Shown here in pieces: positions 43,571 through 56,877 of a stretch of 64,000 nucleotides of DNA. The DNA comes from Eledone cirrhosa (Eukaryota), in NCBI GenBank assembly GCA_964016885.1, contig OZ024741.1, positions 203,546,001 to 203,610,000 on the forward strand, read 5' to 3'. The notes beneath the pieces were generated by a model that did no database searches, was not told the DNA's origin, and saw only the letters and a program-made list of their open reading frames with translations. Each line of letters begins with the position of its first letter. Positions within the stretch are counted from its first letter, which is position 1. The translations under genes were made by a program, and so were the position numbers.

Positions 43571-44252
43571 CATACATACATACATACATACATACATACA
43601 TCCATACATATGAGTATATATATACATACATAGGTATAGACAAGGTCCCACTCCCACTGAATTAAACCAATCTAATTCGTAGCTATCTGCCTGCCTTGAA
43701 TATCATCAGCAGTCACAGTGTACATATGTTCATTTTCCTTATAGTGATATGAGAAACTATTATCTGAAAGCTGACTAGGAAAAATGGAGATAAATATTTT
43801 AAGTTAAAAGTTCAAATCCTAACAGGTGGGACTTCACCTTTCGTCTTCCTGTGGTTGGAGTGGGTGATAAACTAAATCATTTTTGAGGTCGATATAATTA
43901 ACAATAACCCCCACTGTACAATCACACACACTGTCTGGCAGAGTGTATGTGTGAGAAAAGATTTCTTTATATTGTTGCCACTTGGTAGGGTCATGTTGTC
44001 AAGTAAAACATATACACTGGTTCATATTTTTATAATTATTTATCAGGTGATTAATCAATGGTCTGTTGGTTAATCATCTAATTAAGTTATTGTCAAAATG
44101 TTTTTATCACAGTTTGTGACCTTATCCATGACTCTTCCCCTCTTCGTTTTCACTTACTTCATCTTCAGCATTTCTCTTTTGCTTTTTGTGTCTGTGGGGT
44201 GTGATCTGAGCAGCCTTTAACTGTATTTTGTCATTTTCTTTCTCTCCCCTAG

Positions 44253-44347
44253 ATTTGACTGCCAGATTGTCTTGGGTGAAATGGGAAAGTCTTGGTGTCC
44301 GGCGGCGACCATTCCTCGGTTTACTCCCCAATTCTGCGACCAATTAA
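44253..44347 (+). CDS. Fer2: Fer2-like bHLH gene, terminal coding exon 2 (DLTARLSWVKWESLGVRRRPFLGLLPNSATN*)
   Basis: Strong acceptor TTTTCTTTCTCTCCCCTAG|AT at 44252/44253. The phase matches the exon 1 donor (G+AT=Asp) and restores the conserved Fer2 motif WNTS-DLTARLSW.KW. Stop TAA at 44345-44347. Spliced CDS is 2070 nt (689 aa). Confidence 0.88.
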
Positions 44348-45107
44348 CGATGGCATGGGATTTCCGGTGATTCGTACTTCCGGTAAATGCTAGAGATAAC
44401 ACCAACTTCATCTCGGACAAATCTAAATATACATTAAGCCTGAAAATACAGAATTAAGACACTACAAAATTATAACAAAACAAGATATACATATGCGCAC
44501 GCACATAACCACACACATACATTTATGAGTGAATACACATAAGCATACACTACACTTATATACATACACACACACAAACACACACACATATATATATACG
44601 CACACACGCGTATACATACATAGACACACACATGCGCGCTCACACACACATATATTTATATATATATATATAAACATACGCGCACACAGGCACACAGGCA
44701 TATATATGTGTACTACTAATTTTCTGTATTATTGTTAGCACTTACCAAAACAATGCTAGGTAACATAGCATCAGTTACCATGTCAACAGTTCCAGTTAAC
44801 GTCTGATAAAGACCATCAGTTCAAATAAATAATCATCAATGTTATATCTGTCTGATTTAAGGTTTCATTTCATTATTTTAACTTCATTTATACCCTCATC
44901 ACCATCATCACCATCACTACCATCCTCCTTATCCTTATCATCATTATCACCATTATCATTGTCACCATCATCATCATCGCTCTAATTCTCCTCATCAACA
45001 TCGTCATTACACCCTTAATGTCCATGATATATATATAGGTTTACGAATCTGTTTGAATATAATTGGTCGAAGCTTCAGTTGACAACCCGAGAAAGGCATG
45101 GACATCT

Positions 45108-45296
45108 CGGTGGATTGGCAGTATCGGTAGAGGGTCGGACGCCATGCTTTGGCGCAAAGAGTTACAGCCCTTTCCATTCTGAGTTCAAATCCCGCCGAGG
45201 TTAACTTTGCCTTTCATCCTTACGGGGTCGATAAAATAAAGTACCAGTAATACACTGGGTAATTGCTGGCCTTGTGCCAAAAGTAGAAACAATTAT
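45108..45296 (+). mobile_element. SINE family A
   Basis: Family A match. Confidence 0.88.
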
Positions 45297-45454
45297 CTCC
45301 TTTCATTGAACTTTCTCTCTTTTGATTTCAAGCTGGCTAAAACCACCCTTTTTTATGTGATGAAAAACCATTTGTCTTAAAGTGGTTATAAGAATCTTTG
45401 TTAAATTATGTTCCGAACACTAGTTTAATAATTAGAAAGTAAATAACAAATCAT

Positions 45455-45960
45455 AAGTGTAGGCATAGCGGTGTGGTGAAGTGTAGGCATAGCGGTGTGG
45501 TGAAGTGTAGGCATAGCGGTGTGGTGAAGTGTAGGCATAGCGGTGTGGTGAAGTGTAGGCATAGCGGTGTGGTGAAGTGTAGGCATAGCGGTGTGGTGAA
45601 GTTTAGGCATAGCGGTGTGGTGAAGTGTAGGCATAGCGGTGTGGTGAAGTGTAGGCATAGCGGTGTGGTGAAGTGTAGGCATAGCGGTGTGGTGGAGTGT
45701 AGGCATAGCGGTGTGGTGAAGTGTAGGCATAGCGGTGTGGTGAAGTGTAGGCATAGCGGTGTGGTGAAGTGTAGGCATAGCGGTGTGGTGAAGTGTAGGC
45801 ATAGCGGTGTGGTGAAGTTTAGGCATAGCGGTGTGGTGAAGTGTAGGCATAGCGGTGTGGTGAAGTGTAGGCATAGCGGTGTGGTGAAGTGTAGGCATAG
45901 CGGTGTGGTGAAGTGTAGGCATAGCGGTGTGGTGAAGTTTAGGCATAGCGGTGTGGTGAA
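45455..45960. repeat. 24-bp minisatellite, ~21 copies (AAGTGTAGGCATAGCGGTGTGGTG)
   Basis: Direct inspection. A GTTTAGG variant occurs at ~45601, 45817 and 45937. Confidence 0.95.
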
Positions 45961-46090
45961 GAAGATGGCTTTGTAACTACGTGGTTGTGGGATCACTCCT
46001 ACTGCATGACACCTTGGACAAGTATTTTCTACTAGAGCCATATGAGGGAAATTCGGTAGACGGAAACGCGGAAGCCCGTTATATATGTAT
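45940..46090 (+). mobile_element. tRNA-derived SINE family C whose head is the last minisatellite unit
   Basis: GGCATAGCGGTGTGGTGAAGAAG...CACCTTGGACAAGTATTTTCTACTA...GGTAGACGGAAAC..GAAGCCCG. A related decayed copy lies at ~52305-52460. Confidence 0.7.
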
Positions 46091-46094
46091 ATCA

Positions 46095-46423
<329 letters not shown>

Positions 46424-46489
46424 TTATATATACGTTTCAGGAATTCAATCTGTCCAGCCGCCTGTCATTTTACTCTATAATATAATATA

Positions 46490-46521
<32 letters not shown>

Positions 46522-46756
46522 ATACATCTCTCTATATATATATACATCTATATGACTAAAGATTAATATGGTACATTGATTACTCAATGTATATAGTTTT
46601 ACAATAGAGTAAAAGCACTCTACAAAGAAGTTTTCTGGAGTTATTAATATTATTCAAAATATTAATAAATGAAGACATTCACATAATCAAAATATATGTT
46701 TTATTATATATATATATTATACATATATATATACATATATATACATATACATATAC

Positions 46757-46802
<46 letters not shown>

Positions 46803-46831
46803 AAACATATATTTTGATTATATATATATAC

Positions 46832-46921
<90 letters not shown>

Positions 46922-47600
46922 AAACATATATTTTGATTATGTGAATGTCTTCATTTATTAATATTTTGAATATATATGAGTGAGTGTGTGTATCGATTCA
47001 ATAAAAAGGAGATCGATAGAATAGGTATCAGACTTGAAAACAAATGTATAGGAGGTGATATGGTCAACTAACATTTTCTAGGCGGTGTCACAGCATGGCC
47101 GCAGTCAGATCAGTAAAGCCCATTTGAAAAAAATAAAAGGAAAAAAGAAAATTGTCGAGTAATGACGGCTATATGTTGCGCAGCTGATTGAAGGCATCGG
47201 AATTGAGAGATGTTATCGATTGTACAAGTGAGAGGGACTGACCTGAAACTATATAGATAGTACAATGGAAGAGAAGGTAGGAGGAGCTTCGTGTTGATGC
47301 AGAAAGGCTGCTGAAGTAATAAGGGGGGTTTACTGCTGAAATTAGCATCTGGCGCAGTTAATATCGTTGATTCAGTTTATAGAGGTGTGGCTAGACGTCT
47401 AGAAGTTCTATTGCAGCTACGTTAAAATAAACACTTACTACACGATATAGGAGAGAAAGAGTAGGAGATGGATAATCGTTTGCATGTTCAGTACTGGATA
47501 GGGAGTAGTACACATCATCTTAAGGTGGAGCTAATTATTTAAAGTGACGTGGAATCTATCTATTGGACCACATACCATATATATACACACACATATATAT

Positions 47601-47638
<38 letters not shown>

Positions 47639-47746
47639 GTATATACATATTTGTGCTTATTACGTGATGCTATAAACTGAAAGTAAATTTATCTATTCAG
47701 GAACATACAATTATTGTCTTAACAACCCCGTTGTATTATATATAAT

Positions 47747-47925
47747 AATAATTGTTTCTACTTTTGGCACAAGGCCACCAATTACCCAGTGCATTACTGG
47801 TACTTTATTTTATCGACCGCGTAAGGATGAAAGGCAAAGTTAACCTCGGTGGGATTTGAACTCAGAATGGCAAGGGTCGTAACTCTATGCGTCAAAGCAT
47901 GGTGTCCGACCCTCTACCATTACTG

Positions 47926-47930
<5 letters not shown>
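47747..47930 (-). mobile_element. SINE family A
   Basis: Reverse family A match. Confidence 0.88.
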
Positions 47931-47993
<63 letters not shown>

Positions 47994-48005
47994 AACACAC
48001 GCACG

Positions 48006-48065
<60 letters not shown>

Positions 48066-48100
48066 CGTGTGTTTGTGTGTGTATATATACATATAAATAA

Positions 48101-48188
<88 letters not shown>

Positions 48189-48189
48189 G

Positions 48190-48279
<90 letters not shown>

Positions 48280-48845
48280 GTATGTATGTATGTATATATA
48301 TAAGGTCTCTCCCAAAAACTCCTCAATAGTATTCTAACAAATATTGCCTGTACAGGTAATCGAAGTGTGGATACATTTTTGGGGACACCCTGTATATATG
48401 GCTGATGCTGTGATTAGGAAATCCATTGTGAAATACGGAAAGACCACTCGACGACTTGTGTATTCTATCAATTTTGATATGGTGTAGTATGACGGAGTTA
48501 ATTAAATACGTCAATAATATAACACGAATGCTATTGCATAATTAAAGAAATTATGTAATCTGACCTTCGTGTTGTATCATTGATATATATATATGAATCT
48601 GTTATATATATATCTGTTATATATATATCTGTTATATATATATCTGTTATATATATATATATATATCCATATCATATATAGAATTGACTTGTACGGAACT
48701 AGAACTGTTTCATTCAATGCACATAGTTATTATATAAGAAGGTCGTCAAACTCGCAATCGTCTAGACAACCAATATATATATACATACATATATATATAT
48801 ATACACACACATACACACACACTCGCACGCACACACACACACACA

Positions 48846-48947
<102 letters not shown>

Positions 48948-49249
48948 CACATGCAGAAATGTTGGTTGTCTATTCGATCTCGAGTTTGACGATTTTCTCA
49001 TATGATAACTATCTGCCATTGACACCACGACGAGCTGTTAGTACCAGCAAATGATTTATATTGAATGTTACATATAGTACACATGTTTTGTCCTTCATTA
49101 GAAACCGAGCAATATACTTATATGCATGCCATTTATTGACATAGCGCTGTATACTTACCTTGGGTCTGGATACGTTACCACACAAATGGCAAGTTATGGC
49201 TGTACCATTAACCTGCTGGTCTGTGAATTCCACTCATTTTCACTTCCCA

Positions 49250-51361
49250 TGACCCTTTGAATGTCCTCTATACCCTGCTTTAGGCACAATCTGGACATGT
49301 CACTTCTTTAGACAAGCTACCTTCAGGTAGCTCGATATCACACATTTTACGTGCTGCCATTTTCATGTTTTCATGCTCATAATTGACTCATAATTGTTCA
49401 CCCTTTACCCTATAATTGTTTCACGCTTTAACTCATAATTGTTCACCCCTCATACAGGTTCTTCCTCTATAAAACCCTAACACTGTTTCCTAGCTGTTCA
49501 ATGCAACCAAATTGTTCAAGTTATCCATTATGTTGTTGCAAAACCGCGTCTTTAGCTTACATTCAGGTCTCTTCCTGATATTGTGCTCTCCATACATAAA
49601 TTGTTTTGGCATTTTCTAATCCACAAATCGAACACCTTTCACCAAATGGGATTCTATGTTCATGTTCGGACCACATTTTTTCCTGCTACTTACTAAACGC
49701 TGAGTGTGATTTCCCAATACGTAAATTCACCTTTTCATCTCGTGACCCAGTTCTCGAAATTGTACTTCCGAGATAAAAAAAAGAAGCTATTGACAGCAGT
49801 CAAACGAACCCCATCAAAAAAAGGATGTTTGGCCCTTGGTATGCTTTACCAGGTGCCGGAGTAAAGATAACTTTTATCTTCCACAAGATAATTTTAAACC
49901 AAAAACCTTGAACACTGCGCAAAGAACATCCATTAGAATCTGCATATCTGTTTACGAATGTGCCACAAGGTCACGGTCATCAGCGTGGAGGAGATCATGA
50001 ACCATCAATACAAAAGTTCTATTCTTAGCAGTAAAGGTTTTCCAGTATTCCTATACCTAACACAAACCACATTACAAATGCCTTGGCAAAAACGAAAATA
50101 CAACGAAAACAAAGTAGATGCTAGGACATCTCCCTGCTTTATACCGTAATTTACGTTTACTGAATCAGAAAGGCAACACTTGACATTAACCCTTGCTTTC
50201 ATACTAAACTGCTTGAACTGCAAAAAGTGGAGGGCAACCATATTTTACAAAGATAACCCATAGTACGTCTCGATTCACAGTATCAAATGATTTAGTTAAG
50301 TCTAAGAATACCTGAATAAGGTTTACCCGTGCCCTTGGATTTGACGAACTGTGAAAATAATGTCAACCGTCCCTCTCCCACGAAACCCAAACTGGGATTC
50401 TAGTGCAATGCATGGGCATATGTCCTTTATTATCCTATTCAGAAGAATCCGAGCAAATGCTTTGCTAGTGGCCTAACAACAAGATACAGCTGAAGTGGTC
50501 ACAAATATCTTTTTTCCTTTACCTTTGTTCAGTGAGACCATAATTGCACCGAACAAATCCTGCGACACGGGAGTACTATTCCAAACGGAAACAAATATGT
50601 CAAATATCAACTGCTTGCTTATTCACAACACACCAACCCTTCCGAAGGTATGCCCTCTACACATGGAGTTTTACCTTTATTTAACTGGCTTAATGCAGCA
50701 TCAAACTTCTCCATCGATGGACCATTATTCAATTTGTCGGCAATGTCTTCTTCTTGAGTCATCCTTCTTTCGAAGGCGAAGCATTCATTTTGCTTTTCCT
50801 AATGACTATAATATATGCTGCTTGTCAGATCTGCCATACTCATAGAATTCTCCACTAACAGGAGCAGTTGTGCCAACCAATTGTCGAATTAATAGTCGAT
50901 CATCTGCGGAGCCACTGGTGTTCAAGATGCCAAGGTCATCTAATTAAACTGATGGTCACCGCATAAACTACTGCTTACTATGAAACAAGTAGAATTTTTA
51001 TGGGGGGCTTAATGTTACCATCATTAGACTTCAGACATACCATACTGGAGATTGGAAGCTCCAAAACCTCTCCAATCAACTCTAAATAAGCCTCGCATCT
51101 TTTCTATTTCCTGGCCCCCGAATCTCCCATGACAACTCTCCACCAGTCATCCTTCATTTTCCTTATTTCACTTGGCACCTGATTCTTGGTTTCGTTAAAA
51201 GTTGCCAACCAGCTATAGATTTGAGATGACTTTCCAGTTTTGAAAAGTCGATCTCTTACATCTCGTTTTAATGCATTAATTTGATTATTCTTATCTTGGA
51301 ACCAATCACTTCTCTTGCGTGAAACAACCCCTAAATTTTCACGAGATACACAGTAAATCAT
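49250..51361 (-). mobile_element. Highly degenerate RTE (BovB-like) LINE
   Basis: Fragments DWFQDKNNQINAL..IRKMKDDWW and VNYGIKQGDVLASTLFSLYF. Confidence 0.65.
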
Positions 51362-51803
51362 TCATCCATTTATAAGCTGATACATTAATGTTCATGGATT
51401 CACCCAGGTTTAAAAAAGAGACATATCATAGATTGTTATTTGTCGCAGGCGTGATATTCAAGATATAAGAATCAGTAGGATTTACAGAGGTACCGATTGT
51501 GACACAGATCGTTATCTTGTAAGATCTAAAGTTTACCTGCATGTAAGGCCAATGGCTGGCAAAAATTTACAATTGGTCGCATTAATTGCTCTACTTTGAA
51601 AGAGCCCTCAATGTGTAAATAAATGAAAAATACTATAGATTTACCGGAGTTTGATGGAACATGGACAGATTTTAAATACACACACACACACATACACACA
51701 CGCGCAAGCACGTACAGATAGCTGAATAGATAGATAGATGGATAGATAGATAAACATATATGTGATACACACACGCACGCACACACTCACACTCACACAC
51801 ACA

Positions 51804-51906
<103 letters not shown>

Positions 51907-51914
51907 ACACACAC

Positions 51915-51956
<42 letters not shown>

Positions 51957-52694
51957 GTGCGTGTGCGTATGTATATTGTTATATTTGGGGATGGTCATTT
52001 TGCCTATTTTGTCAATAAAAAAACGCGCTCTATTTGATTTTCACTTCAGCTTTATTATCATTAATTATTGGTTATTTTGTCAAATCTCTTTCATCACACA
52101 TTCTATGACCTCCTCAATGACTATTTGTTCGTCTGTGTCTCCTCTTTTTTTAAGGTCTTATTCTGTTTACTCCAGGATGGAGTAAACAGAATAAGACGAA
52201 AAAGAAGAGGAGACAGAGAAGAAATACAGATATTTATCATATATGTGTATCTGAATATATATTTATTATCTATATACGATATACTATCATTCATACATCA
52301 CACCTGCATGGCTGAGTGTTTCAAAAGTGTATCACAATCATGTGGGCGTTGGCTCAAATCTTTTGTGGTTCATCTTGGGCAAGTGTCTTTTACCATTATC
52401 TCGGGTCGACCTTTTTTTGTGAGTAAAACTGGGTATACAGAAACTCTGTGGATGTCGGATGGTTTATATCTGTAATTTAAGATCCACCGTTGTATACAAC
52501 TGTGTAACAGTTATTTGTCCTGAGAATTACTTTATGGGTACAGTTGTCTTCGGAATACTCAGCCAATTACTCCTTAATTTAATGAGCTTTATGTATCACA
52601 AAATGGAGAAAAAAAATTGAATGTTCATCGTAGATTTATTTACAGTCATTTCCATTTGAAAGCTACTTGGATGATTCTGTGTTATGCATTATAG

Positions 52695-52782
<88 letters not shown>

Positions 52783-52789
52783 ACGCTTT

Positions 52790-53420
52790 ATGGGATAGAT
52801 CTGCCAACAACAAGTGATTTCAAAGATTACCCACCATCCATTGTCTAACAGCTATTTGCTATTAACCCCCACGAAAACATAACACCTCCAACAGAACAAT
52901 ACTTGTTTCCCAAACCTGCAGTAGCTAGATTACGTATACAAACGGCCAGATCATACACACGAACGATTGGCCAAATCTTGACCTTCCTTGAGAAAATAAC
53001 TGTCTGGAAAGTAACCACTAGAATGATACAATGTATGTACACTGGTCAACAACCCTTCAATATCCTGAATATGCATATTCCTAAATCAGTTATATAATTT
53101 TGAGGTGATCATATATGAAACAATTCACGTCCACCAAACTGTCTCTTAAAGCAATGCATAAGAACAATGTAAGTCTTGTAGAAGGTAAGTTTAAACAATG
53201 GCACTACAATTGTACTTCAATGAGATATATGGAAAAGTGTAATACAGGAATATTATGTATAATTATCCGAAGTTTGAAAGAAAGAGTTTACTAATTTCAA
53301 TAACAGAAGATTCTTGATCGATATAGCCCATATGCTACTGATACAACACGATACTGGTTATACATAGTCAACATCTTCATACCAAATTAGATATATTTAC
53401 CAAACGTTCTCCTTTTGATA
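52790..53420 (+). mobile_element. Very degenerate PLE (Naiad-like) 3' fragment
   Basis: Residual frames SYTRTIGQIL, LVEGKFKQWHYN..S, LKER and KILDRYSPY resemble 31425-31762. Confidence 0.4.
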
Positions 53421-54528
53421 TGAACCTTCTAAAGTATTGTTGTTAATAGACCTCGATCAGTATCAGCGAAGAATATTCTAGTTGTTTAATGAACGGAACA
53501 GTCTGTGGGTGAAATTAACATACAAGTGGCTGACGTGTTCACTTAACGTAATTCTCAGAGATTCAGCGTGACACAGTGTTTGATGAGAAGTGGGTGTTTC
53601 AATTACAGGTGCAACTATTTTTTCCAGCTGAGAGGAGTTGAAGAATAAAGTGTCTAGCTCAAGGAGACAGCGCATCATCGAGAATCGAACTCACAACCTT
53701 CATACAAGCCTTCTCATTTTCTTACACACTGACAGATAAAACCATCAGCCAATTAAATGGAACTACAACACTTTATACTCCCTCCCTCAACTTCGAGATG
53801 GTGAGGAATTCGTTAATATGTTTTCTGACCAGATTACCCAGATGTTCTGGATGGCATAGCTGCTACTGGTGGCAAAACTACTGGTGCTACTATTAATTTT
53901 AAACAGTCTCGGTCATCCATTTGGTTCCCGACAGGAGTGGCTGAATCCTTTGTCTACCCATTTACATTCCTTTATTTAATTTCCAGAAATCTCTTTTCTC
54001 TGAAAAAGTACACACAAAAACGCTTGCTTTTATTGTTTTTTTATTATCTAACCCATTGATTTGGAAACAAAATCTATCACAATACTTCAAATTTCATCCC
54101 AACAAAATTTCCCTTGAAAAAAAATATATATACACAGAGAGAGAGAAGCTTTCGCTGTATTTTTTGACTAAAGAAATTTTAGCCTGATAGTGGGGTTTAG
54201 AACCCTATTTCTTAGAGGGGTTTACCCCACTATCAGGCTAAAAATTCTTTAGTCGAAATATACAGCGAAAGTTTCTATTTCTAATTTTAAACTCGCTCGC
54301 TGTTTCAAAAACATACTTGCCTGTCAATATATATATATATATAGTATAAAAGAGAAAACACAGGTAAGCATTAAGAGAAGGATTTTATCCAGGTATTTAC
54401 GACCGTTTCATTGGTAAGTGCAACCTTATATTGCTATACTGTAAATAGCAGCCACTCAATTATAATTGTTGTTCACAGTCCAAATTTTCAAAATAGTGAG
54501 TGATCACATTAAGCAATTTTTTGCTTCT

Positions 54529-54647
<119 letters not shown>

Positions 54648-54941
54648 TGTGTGTGTGTGTGCATACGACAAAAACAATGGATAAAACAACGGAAAGGCGG
54701 ACTGTCTCATCTCCTCAATCAACCTCTGAAAATCACTACGATTTCGGTTTAAATTAAAGTCGACACCGTTCATCCCAGAACACATTGGGACATAACAAAA
54801 CAGGTAGAGACAAGTTATGCCTTTAAGTGAATTACAGAAATACGTCAACTTAAATATATATATACATACACACGCACACACACACGCGCACACACACACA
54901 CACGTATATATATATATATATACATATATATACATATATAT

Positions 54942-55007
<66 letters not shown>

Positions 55008-55559
55008 TGAGAGAGAGAGAGAGAGAAAGATATATAATTATATATATATATATATATAATTAAATTTGTCTGAATAATCATAACATCTCAATGAAAAGAG
55101 ATCGCTAAAATAATCTCATTCAGAGAAGCAAATATATATATAGAACATCTTAGACAAAATCACTGAAGGGGAGATTACTGCAGAAGCATTTTTATCTAGG
55201 GATAAAAAAAATTATCCTTACTGCAGTTTCAAAATCCAAAGAATAACGGATAGCCCTTCAATAGATTGATATGGCCATCGTTAACAGAATGGACTTCTCT
55301 TCAGATGATTTATTCTGTAAGGTATAAAATGAGAAATATATATACCCGTTAATAGAGTTGTGTTTATTCTTCATTGAACCTGCGTGGTGTAAGAAATGAA
55401 TCCATAATTAAATTACTGTGATTCAAAGAATGCCCCAACAGCATAAAGTATTTTATACAACAGTGCCATTCTGGTAACATACTAATAATGGTAGACATCA
55501 ATCTGCACTAAATTATTGGCCTCACATCTCCACATTTCCACCAACATCAAAACATCCCG

Positions 55560-56835
55560 GCCGATATCTGTAGACAGTTACAAAAATAAGTGCAAAATAT
55601 ACTCAATCAAGATCTGTGAACCAAGTGAAGAATCAGAAAATTAAAAAGAACAAACAAAAAATTAACAAACTAAAATACTGCCAACAGTAACACACACATT
55701 CAACTGCTATTACACTGCTCGAATGAAGACCATCATCAATAATCAAAGAACAGGTGAGGAGGAATGGTCAACTGAGAAAATCAAACTCAATCACAAGGTC
55801 TCTGTCTCCACTGCTGGACCTTTGATTCATTAAAACGGTACTCTCCAAGACAATACTAAAAACCATGGGTGAGATACTGTAGAAATAATATTGCTGTTTT
55901 CAGGAAACCTGATACGGCTGATCCGGGGTATATCAGTGATATTAATCCCGAACACACTATATTGGACATAAGGTTTGGCGCCTCTAAAAGAAGTTAAATG
56001 CAACTCAGTAGTAGGACTCGATAGGTTCCCTGCTAGTGTCCTGAAGGTGTGGAGGAATTCACTGGACGCTGGCTATATACCTGAAAACTTTCTGTCCCAG
56101 TATGTTGTCCCAGAGTTCAGCAGATTGTTGCTTTTAATAAAGTGAATTACTTTTCGATATCACTCACCTCTCATATCATTAAGGTATTTGAGATGGTGGT
56201 AAGATCACAAATAATTCACTTTCTTGAAAGCAACAATCTGCTGAACTCCAACCAACATAGGGTCCATAATGGAAGGGACTGCCTAACGCAGCTCCTGCAT
56301 CACTTTGACAACATTTTAAGAGCTTTGGGATAGGGGTCCAACACTGATGTCGTAAACCTTGATTTCAGCAAGGCCTTTGACAGGGTTGATCACAACGTCC
56401 TATTGAAAAAAACGATCCAATATTGGTGTCTGTGGAAAGTTACTGCAATAGATCAATTGTTTCCTAACAAACAGAGCCCAACATGTATTCAAAGCTCAAC
56501 TAAAGTCAGTACAAGGCACTGCATTGGGCCCACTTCTCTTCATCATTTATATAGAGGACATTATCGAAGTCATAAGCACAAAAACATAAGAATCTTTGCA
56601 CATGATTCCATGATCCATAAGGTCATCAGTGGAGTTGAAAACCGGGCATGCCTTCAATTAGATCTAGTTTCGGAAAAAACAATATGCTACTGAACAAGGA
56701 TGAATTTGAAATAATCCACTTTGGAAAAGAGAATGCATTGACATTACCATATTCTCTTCCCTTGGGTGAAACCCTCGTGGCATCTAACAATACCAGAGAT
56801 CTGGGAGTAATTGTTGATAACAACATAAGCTGGGC
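55560..56835 (+). mobile_element. Degenerate CR1-clade LINE RT fragment
   Basis: NY..ISLTSHIIKVFE, NQH....GR.CLTQL, LDFSKAFDRVDH, IFAHDS (FADD) and RDLGVIVD. Confidence 0.8.
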
Positions 56836-56837
56836 TT

Positions 56838-56871
<34 letters not shown>

Positions 56872-56877
<6 letters not shown>

